From: Prasinococcaceae sp. CCMP 1430
Lineage: Eukaryota; Plantae; Prasinodermophyta
Assembly: GCA_013416795.1 (NCBI GenBank)
Contig: RQSC01000030.1
Span: 185,965-249,964 of the forward strand
DNA length: 64,000 nt
Direction of reading: 5' to 3'
The translations under genes were made by a program, and so were the position numbers. The stretch's first letter is position 1, and every line of letters starts with the position of its first letter. The notes beneath the pieces are model-generated. The model searched no databases, was not told the DNA's origin, and saw only the letters and a program-made list of their open reading frames with translations. Shown here one piece after another: positions 56,268 through 64,000 of the stretch.

Positions 56268-57583
56268 TCACATATCAGACTGAGCGAGCGGAGCGTAGCC
56301 ATTGCTGCGCACCGGTCGTACGCGAAACAGAGGGTTCTGCTGCTGCACCCCGCCGCCGTCCTCTGCGAACGAAGCCCTGTTCTGGCGTGAGAGCTCGCGG
56401 TAGGGATCAGTACTGACGATCACAAATGGGGGCGTGCCGGTTGAGGCGTCCTTCGTTGGGCGTTCCCCTCCGGATGGGGTCGGCGAAGCTGCCACATTCT
56501 TCTTGCATCCAAGAATTTGAGTCTTTGAGGCGCCCCCCGCTTCGTGGGTGTGGCTCTGCGTCTCGTCGGAGTGGCAGCAGGGACAACAGCCGCAACCATG
56601 CGGCGGATGCGGATGAGGATGAGGGTGCGGGTGGGGATGCGGGTACCGATGCCGATGTGGGAACGGCCAGTGCGGGCGGTGGTGTGGCCATGGCCATGGC
56701 CAGCGTCGGTGATGGTGATGATGGTGCGGCGGAGGAGGCGGCGGCGGCGGTGGCGGCCGCGGCCTTGGGGCACACATCGTCACCAGGACGAGCATGCACG
56801 CAACTGCAGGAATCACCATGACGGGAAGGATGCTAGGAGCGGGGGGCCACCACGCCAAATCCGCCATGCGAACCCATGTCGCCGTGAGCGCGCTCGAAGA
56901 GTCTCCCGACAACAGATCGCTCGCCCTGATGCGCTCGGTGGCACAGCTCGGCTCAGTCTCCGCCTCGAGGGGTGCGTCAGGGGCCCACTCCAGCACGGTT
57001 AGGTATGTGTCTTCCGCCAGGAGCTCCGCAGTGCCACCCGGGGGAGCACAAATGCACTTCGCAGCAAGGAACGGTCCCCACTCGAAGCACACTTGTCCAT
57101 TGCGTCCACGCGTGCGCGCGCGCGCGCGTTGGCGAGGGACATGCGACCGAAGCGTGTCAGCGCTCAGCGGAAGGCGCCGCCGGCAAGTCCGCGCGCACGT
57201 GCACAGGGGTCATGTGGGCGCTGGCAAATGCGAGAGGGTCACGCACCGTTCGCCAGCGGAGTCGACTGGTTGTCGTGGGTCATCTTCCGGCACCCAAATA
57301 CGCAGCGCGCCTTCACGAGGGGGCAGAGTTTGGGCAACGGCAGCGGCATCGGCGGGCCATGCTTGCGGCCGGCGCCACGATCGTCGTAGTGGTCGTCCTG
57401 ATCGCTCGGGTACACGGCGGCAGTCTTTGACTCCTCAATCGACGGTGTTCCCTGGCTGGCGGCCGGCTCGCTGGCGCCATCAGCGCTCGCGCGCGTCGCC
57501 ACAGCGCAGACCAGCAGCATGGCCGCGACGCAGGCGCCCGTCATCCGCCCCCGCGGCGCACGTAGCCGGCTCCTCGCCGCCAT
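56268..57583 (-). CDS. Predicted type I membrane protein with a Cys-containing ectodomain and a Pro/His/Cys-rich tail; exons 57247-57583 and 56268-57091 (about 386 aa)
   Basis: Signal peptide (MTGACVAAMLLVCAVATRASA). GT-AG intron 57092-57246 joins in frame (G|TG). TM segment SILPVMVIPAVACMLVLVTMCA, then poly-Pro, poly-His, (PH)n and GCGCCPCC. Confidence 0.7.
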
Positions 57584-58346
57584 CTTGCGCACGCGCGTCC
57601 CGGTCCGGGCCCAGACCTCGACGCGCCCAGCGAGCGGCGGCGTGCGGCGCGGCAACACTGTGGCATGGCGCTGGCCGTCCGCCCGCCCCCCCCAAAAATG
57701 CACCGAAGCGGAGCACCAGCGCGCACGCGTGCGGGCAGCCGCCCCTCCACGTGCCGCCGTCCGGTCCCGCGATGCACGAGGCCCCGCGCGCGCTGGCCGG
57801 CCTCACCAACAGGGAGCCCACCGCGCCTCTCCGACCCCGGCGAGGTCTCAACGCCGCGGAGGGCGCGCCCGCGGGCGGTGCACGCCGCGAGGGCGGTGGT
57901 GGCGGCGGGGTAAATGCGGCGCGAATGCAGCGCGCGCGCGCGCAAAGTCCCAGAACGCCGGCAGCACGACGCACGCGCCGCGCAGCGCCGGACGCGGCGC
58001 AAACCGCAGCGCCCACCCCTCCCCGCCTTCCACCCCGCGCACCCATCCTCCGTGGCGTGGAGGCCGCCGCGGGAGAAAGCCACAGATGGAGCGAGGAGGA
58101 TCGCGTGAACTACTGCAGTGCTGCGCCGCGCGAAGGGGGGCGCGCCAGACCTCCTGCCGATACGACGAGGCATTCCTCGTGCGCTGCGCATGGCCAGCTG
58201 TCTGCGTCCTCGCCAGACTCGGCAGCCAATGCCCATCGCTGCCGTTGGGCTCCTCNGCGTGCTGCGCGCCACGCGCCCAACGCTGAGCGCGGGGTGCTGG
58301 GTGTGGAGCGGCAGGGCGGGCGAGCGCGCGCGCGTGCGTGCTGGCG

Positions 58347-61300
58347 ATGCCGTTCCCCCCACGAGTGGTCGCGCCGGCCCCCGCAGCGGAAGCGAAGGGA
58401 ACGGCGGCGGCCGTGGAGGCCGCAGGCTCGCGGGACAGGCCCGGCGCGCTCTGCCGCGCGCTCGCTGCGCGACCGCGCGCGTGCGCGGCGCTGGCCACGG
58501 CGCTCGCGCTCAGCGTTGCGGCGGTGGCCTTCGCATGGTGGCCGCTGTCGCTCGACACGGGCCTGAAATCCTTCTCCATCATCGAGGGAGAAGAGGTTGA
58601 GGCCTACGACGCGGCTTTCGCGGCAGAGGAGGCCGTCCTCGAGAAGTGGGAGCTGGCCGAGGCCGCGGCCGCGGAGGCCAACCCCGACAGCTCGCCAGCG
58701 CTCGCGCAGAGACGGCTGCTCGAGGATGGCGTGGACGCATTAGCACCGCGTCCCTATACCGCGTGGAAGGTCGACCTATTCTACACCATCCGTGGCCCAC
58801 CCGAAGTGGCGCTCGCACAGGTGCGCCGGTTGGAGGCGGAGCTCGCCCGCACGCCGGGCATGGAGCGCTTCTGCGTCACAGACCGTTGGACGCCACGCTG
58901 CTTGCCGCCCGACTCGCTCGTGTCGCTCCTGCCTCCGGAGCCGTTCAACATCACGCGGGCGGACGCAGGGAGGCTCGCGGAACGCGTCACACGCGGCGGC
59001 CTGTACTGGTACGTGGACGACACCTTCCGCGTGGGCTCTGACGACGCCTCGGCCACCGGGCTGATCGATGGTGCCGCGTTCCGCTCGCAGCTGCGCTTTG
59101 GCATGCCCGTGAGCGGGTACGCCTCCTCATCCGACCGGCCCGCCGAGCAGGAGGCAGAATACGCGGCGTTCGCGCGTTCGCTGCTGGGCCCGCTGTCGCG
59201 CGCGTCGACGCCCGCGCTCCGCGTGAACTTCGGCGGCGAGTTCATCACCGCCCACGAGATTCAGCTCGAGCTGGTCCACGACGCAACCCTCGTCGCTGGT
59301 GCGGTGCTCAGCGTGTTCGTCTATATGGTCCTCTACATGCGGTCGATTGTGCTGGCTGCGGTCGGCATGCTGCAAATCCTCCTGAGCTTTCCCATCGCAT
59401 TCGTCGTATTCGCCTCGCTCCTGAGTGCCACGCATGGCGTGGACCCCTCCAACATCAGCGCGCTACAGCTCGTGTCGCTTTTCCTCGTGGTCGGCATCGG
59501 CGTAGACGACGTCTTCGTGTTCATGACGGCATTTAGGCGCGGAGATGCGGGGCGGCGCTCGGGGGAGCTGGGCCTCGCCGAGCGATTGGCTGGCGCCTAC
59601 ATGCACGCGGGCAAGGCGACGCTCATGACGTCGTGCTCCACAGCCGCCGCGTTCGCTGCAAGCGCACTGAGCGCCATCCCCGCCGTACGCGCCTTTGGAG
59701 CGCTGACGGCCGCGATGGTGATGACCAACTGGGTCCTGGTCATGACCTTGTTTCCGGCGTACGTTGCGACGTGGGACGTGCATCTTCGCCGCCAGAGTTG
59801 GAGCGAATCGAAGGATGACTCGCCGCGGGTATCGGTGGCGCCCTCGAGCGTGTCGGCGATAGCAAAAGGTGGGGGGTGGGCAGGGGCAGGTGCAGGCAGG
59901 TGGAGTGAGTACATAGCTGCAGTTGGCCGCGTACGCTGGACGCTCATCGTCGCCCTCCTAGGCGGCAGCGCTGCTGCAGGGGGGCTGCTCGCCACCCGCA
60001 TCACACTCTCCGATGCCGTGCCTGCGCTGTTCCGCGCAGATCACAACGTCCAGCTGTATCTCGAAGCAAGCGAGTCTCGCTTCTTGACGCCCAAGTCGTG
60101 TTTCTCAGACTGCGCTCTCGGGTTGGCCATGGATATCGACAGAAACAACGCCGGTGTGCGTCCTGGAGGGAGTGGTCCTTCAGCCGAGGTGGTGCCAACG
60201 ACTGTCAATCTGTATCGCAGCCCGCCGCCACCACCAATGCCAAGCCAGGCGCTTCCGAGTGCACCGCAGAACGACTTGCCAGCATCTTCTCTTCCCTCTC
60301 CGCCTCCTGGTCGCGACTCGCCCATCTCGACTCCCTCAATCCCGACAGTTCCACCGCCAGGCCATTCGCCCGCTGCATCGGCCACGTCACCGCAGCCTCC
60401 GCCGGGCCCCGCTTCTGCGGCAGCTCAGGCGAGCCCGCCTCCATCTCCTCCACTGCCGCCTGTGCCTCCGCCAAGCCCGCCTTGGCCGGCTCCACCCCCT
60501 GCGCCACGTCCGCCGCCGACGCCACCACCGCCTGAGTACCAGGAAGCGCCCAAACCCAGAAGCGGGGCACTTGAGGACATTTTGCTGCTGTGGGGAATCT
60601 CGGGACTCGACCGCTCTGCAGCGGTTGCCATGGACCCGTTCGTGGAAATCCGCGGCAACCCGACGTACGATCTGGCGTTCGACATGGCGGCGCCGTCCGC
60701 GCAGTCGTTTCTGCTCTCATTTTGTGAGGCGTTTGCGGCAAACCACACGTCGCTTACTCACAGCGTGCGGCGTTGCCTTCCGAATGCGCTACATGACTGG
60801 GCTGAGAGACACGATCCAAGCCTGGGCTGGCCCATCCCGCGGGAACGCTTCTACGAGACGCTGGAAGACTTCTTGAACGCTCGGCCGGTCTTCCGGTTGG
60901 ACGTTGGGTATGCCCCCGGCATGCCGCGAGCTACGTGGCTGCGCGTGGTGCACAAGGCGAGCTTCCCGTCGTACAGTCCACCGTATGAAGTGCGCGCGGA
61001 GCATCGGCTGTGGCTGCGCGCTGTGGACGAGTGGGCGCGGGTGCAGGCCGCGGCGCTCTCCATCTCTGGCGCAGGTGACGGGGATTTGCAAAGTGTGAGC
61101 GGCGAGGCCCAGGCGCTCCTAGCAATCCGTGTCACCTCTGAGGCTGCGGTGTGGTCGGTGACGCAGATTGCCGCCATCGAGGGCACGAGCGCGGCACTGA
61201 TTGTGTCGTTGCTTTCCGCCTTCGTGTTCGTCGTGATCTTCACTGGGTGCTCGCTTCGACTCGCTGGCCTCGTGCTACTTGAACTCGCGAGCATTCTATG

Positions 61301-61871
61301 CATGATTCTTTCAGTTTTTCACCTGTCGGGTTGGGAGCTGGGCGTAGTCGAGGCTGTTGCGCTCACGACATTGGTGGGCCTGGCGGTAGACTTTGGACTG
61401 CACCTCGCCGAAGCCTACGCCATGTGCGGACACGAAGATCTTGAGGATGCGATTGACTCTGGCTGCGCGCTCGTGGACTCCTCCGACATCAGCTCGACCA
61501 GTGCTCGCGCGAAGCGCCTGCTGCGAGCGCAGGTTTCGGCCGCTGCAATAGCGCCGGCCATCGTCGCCGCAGCGGGGTCGACGGTTGCTGCGCTCGTGCC
61601 GATGTGCTTCTGCAAGCTCGTGCTCCTCAAGCGCTTCGCGCTGATCATCATCATCGCCCTTGCCCTCTCTGCCTTCTTGGGACTGCACCTGCTCGTGCCG
61701 CTGTTCATGTGCAGCGCACCAGCGGATCTGCCCAGGCCCACGCTGCGAAGAGTCGGGCAAGCGCTCTTCGGCAGTGGCGGCCGCGCGCTCGCCACCGTCG
61801 CAGTGCTCGGCGCGGTGGTCGGTGCTCTGGCCACGGTGCGCGTGCGCGATCTGCTCGCGGGTGCAAGCTGA
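58347..61871 (+). CDS. Dispatched/Patched-family RND membrane protein with a sterol-sensing domain and a Pro-rich luminal insertion
   Basis: Two TM bundles; TM4 VVGIGVDDVFVF, KATLMTSCSTAAAF, TM10 VGLAVDFGLHLAEAY; large luminal loops; SPPP-rich stretch at about 60218-60540. Confidence 0.9.
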   Translation: MPFPPRVVAPAPAAEAKGTAAAVEAAGSRDRPGALCRALAARPRACAALATALALSVAAVAFAWWPLSLDTGLKSFSIIEGEEVEAYDAAFAAEEAVLEKWELAEAAAAEANPDSSPALAQRRLLEDGVDALAPRPYTAWKVDLFYTIRGPPEVALAQVRRLEAELARTPGMERFCVTDRWTPRCLPPDSLVSLLPPEPFNITRADAGRLAERVTRGGLYWYVDDTFRVGSDDASATGLIDGAAFRSQLRFGMPVSGYASSSDRPAEQEAEYAAFARSLLGPLSRASTPALRVNFGGEFITAHEIQLELVHDATLVAGAVLSVFVYMVLYMRSIVLAAVGMLQILLSFPIAFVVFASLLSATHGVDPSNISALQLVSLFLVVGIGVDDVFVFMTAFRRGDAGRRSGELGLAERLAGAYMHAGKATLMTSCSTAAAFAASALSAIPAVRAFGALTAAMVMTNWVLVMTLFPAYVATWDVHLRRQSWSESKDDSPRVSVAPSSVSAIAKGGGWAGAGAGRWSEYIAAVGRVRWTLIVALLGGSAAAGGLLATRITLSDAVPALFRADHNVQLYLEASESRFLTPKSCFSDCALGLAMDIDRNNAGVRPGGSGPSAEVVPTTVNLYRSPPPPPMPSQALPSAPQNDLPASSLPSPPPGRDSPISTPSIPTVPPPGHSPAASATSPQPPPGPASAAAQASPPPSPPLPPVPPPSPPWPAPPPAPRPPPTPPPPEYQEAPKPRSGALEDILLLWGISGLDRSAAVAMDPFVEIRGNPTYDLAFDMAAPSAQSFLLSFCEAFAANHTSLTHSVRRCLPNALHDWAERHDPSLGWPIPRERFYETLEDFLNARPVFRLDVGYAPGMPRATWLRVVHKASFPSYSPPYEVRAEHRLWLRAVDEWARVQAAALSISGAGDGDLQSVSGEAQALLAIRVTSEAAVWSVTQIAAIEGTSAALIVSLLSAFVFVVIFTGCSLRLAGLVLLELASILCMILSVFHLSGWELGVVEAVALTTLVGLAVDFGLHLAEAYAMCGHEDLEDAIDSGCALVDSSDISSTSARAKRLLRAQVSAAAIAPAIVAAAGSTVAALVPMCFCKLVLLKRFALIIIIALALSAFLGLHLLVPLFMCSAPADLPRPTLRRVGQALFGSGGRALATVAVLGAVVGALATVRVRDLLAGAS

Positions 61872-62118
61872 TGAGTGGCGTCTTCGTGTCTTTTACATCG
61901 TCACCAGCATATGTATATGTGTATACTGTACTTGCACTACGCGTCCGCCTGTGTCCTTGTGCGTACCTTCGTGTACGCGCAGCCCGCGCGTTGGTCCCTC
62001 GGACGGGCGCGCGTCGCAGCCTTGGCGCCTGGAGAACGTCGAGGTATAGGATATTCGCTGTCGGTGGTAGGCCGCGTGCGTTGGCGTGGCATGCATGCTT
62101 CCGAGGAGTGCCTCTTGT

Positions 62119-62987
62119 TTAGCTCCAGAAAGCGAGCTCGAAGACGTTGTTGAGGCGCTCGTGGGACTCAGCTTCGTCGTCAGCGAGCTGTAATTTTTCG
62201 ATGTCCTCGGTCGGGGGCGAGCGCGGTCCGGAGCGATATACGTAGACAGGCCTCAAAATTGCGCCTGTCGCGAGCGGCGTACGGTGCACGGAGACGCAAG
62301 TCAGCTGCTTGGCATGTGGGCGCGCGCACCTGGCGAGGGCGACATATGCCAGTCACGCACCGTCGATGAGGTCGCGCGCAGTGCAGGGTCGCTCGTTGCC
62401 GTCGCGTTCGACGCAGACGAGGCTGCTGATCATGTGAAAGGGCACCTTTCCAAACTTTCGCTTGATTGCAGCCTTGAGCTCGCGCAGCCCCTCGCCGGGG
62501 AGCAACTCGACCGTGGTCTCCATGTCAACCCTGACGTTTGCGTTGCCGCTGCGCGCCCCGACGACGCGGACCGCGCGCATGGGCGGCGTTGGCGACTCGT
62601 TCACAACCTGACATTGTTGGAAGGGAGGCAGGCGCGCGGGCCACGGAGTCAGCGTCCAACAGTTTACTGGCGGCGGTGGCAGACAGTTGGCAGCGGACGG
62701 CCACGCGCACGAACCTCTTCTGGGTCATTGTCGCTGTCCTCAATCTCGTCGCCTCGCACTTCTGCATGCGCGTGGCCATGGTGGTGGTGCGTCTTGCGGC
62801 GCTTGTTGTGCTGCCCCCCCTCATTCTCGCTTACGCAGACCACCCCAGCGCCTCCAGCGGCGTTGGTGTCGACGAGGCTGAGCGGCGCACGCCGCCCGCC
62901 CGCGGTAACAGTGCCCCTGGCGGGCGAGCGGGGCCCCGCGGGCGGCGCAGGCTCTTCCGCACCGAAGACGTCGATGACGCTGCGCAT
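62119..62987 (-). CDS. Hypothetical 3-exon protein (62715-62987, 62361-62607, 62119-62264), about 221 aa
   Basis: Both GT-AG introns keep frame (phase 0, then G|GC). It reads MRSVIDVF...HNKRRKTHHHHGHAH...DPEE|VVNE...ELKAAIKRKFGKVPF...RDLIDGAILRPVYVYRSG...VFELAFWS*. Minus TGTAA at 61893-61897. Confidence 0.7.
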
Positions 62988-64000
62988 GGCGTCGTGGTGC
63001 GGAGGCAACCCGCCTACCCACCCACGCGCACGCAGCAGCCAGCAGCGGGCTCCTCTCTAGCGACGACAACCCACTGCCGGCCCCACGACGAAGACCGCGC
63101 GGCGGCCGCGGACCGTGCGACCGCGCGACCGCCCGACCGCGCGTATGTCTCTGCCGTGGTGCGGGTTTTGCGGGGGTGATTCGCGCGCTGGCACGAGAGG
63201 ACGTGTGTGGGTGGGGGGCCCTTGGTGCGTGTGTGTGTTGAGGGGGGGGAGGGGCGCTGCCCGCGCGCAGAGTGTGGCGCGCCCTTTTTTTTTTCCGGCC
63301 CGCGACGCAATTGTTGGTCTGCCCCGCGACGGCCCAATTCGAATGCGTTTCGCCCTCTAACACCGCTCGTACCTAACAACGCCCCAACGGACCTCTCGCG
63401 GCGCACCCCATTTCCATTGGCGCCGACGTCCACTCGATGATTGGCGCCGATGGGATGCATGCGATCAATTGCGAAATGCGCGCACGTATGTCCAATTGTA
63501 CAAATTTGTACAGCACATATTAGTATCGATGGTCACTACCGAACCAATTGGTGCCGGACTGCCAATGTTGGCGGTGGCGCATCGTCGATTCAACGTGACC
63601 GCGACGCTCATCGCATCCGCGTGGCACGTCGTGGTGCCATGCACACGCGCGTTCACTGTACTCAGAGGGCAGCCGGTCCGGTCGCGGTTGGCGCCCGCGC
63701 GCGGTTCGAAAACTCGGCGCGCGCGCGCGCGCGCCGCGCGGCCGTTTCGCGGGCGTCCGTCCGCGGTTTGGTGCGTGCCGGCCCGCGGCGGCATCAAGTG
63801 GGAAGCGCACGCGGGCGCGCGGCCGCGGGCCGCTTTGCGGGGAGGATTTCGCGGGAGGGCTTCTCCGCGCGTTTGTCGGCGCCGCTCGTATGAATGCGCC
63901 GGACGCGCGCTCGCGCCAAACAGCCCCCGCGCGAAAATTGCGCGGCGGGAGTGGGGGCCGCAGCGGCGGGCGCAGCGAGCCGCGAGGCCGCCGCCACAGC

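Overview
This is a eukaryotic nuclear window from a very GC-rich green alga, prasinophyte-like by inference. The evidence is short GT-AG introns with CTGAC branch points, UGUAA-type poly(A) signals, green-type Rubisco activase, thioredoxin m and a flagellar outer-arm dynein. It is gene-dense (about 25 loci) and comes from a draft assembly with six N-runs and six single ambiguous bases. Recognisable genes: an ER PDI-like thioredoxin protein ending KDEL, a CDKN3-like phosphatase, TRX-m, RPS28, TOP6B, RUB1/NEDD8, AP-4 mu, TOM40, a bZIP factor, CCDC61/VFL3, Rubisco activase, a SAM methyltransferase, a YfiH/PgeF-family protein, a complete 4-exon outer-arm dynein gamma heavy chain (about 4503 aa) and a Dispatched-like RND protein, plus several orphans. 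The best hidden signal is that the PDI-like gene is very probably a selenoprotein. Its UGHC Sec codon appears split by an intron (TG|A), and a canonical SECIS hairpin sits in its 3' UTR; the ORF track shows neither. A second theme is that foreign gene fragments (myosin, sphingosine kinase, an apparently exact dynein copy, an Ala/Glu-rich ORF) sit next to single Ns exactly where host 5' exons are missing. This is most likely gap-filling error, not biology. I found no prokaryote-type system (CRISPR, operon, defence island), and most long Arg/Ala/Pro ORFs in the track are GC shadow frames.
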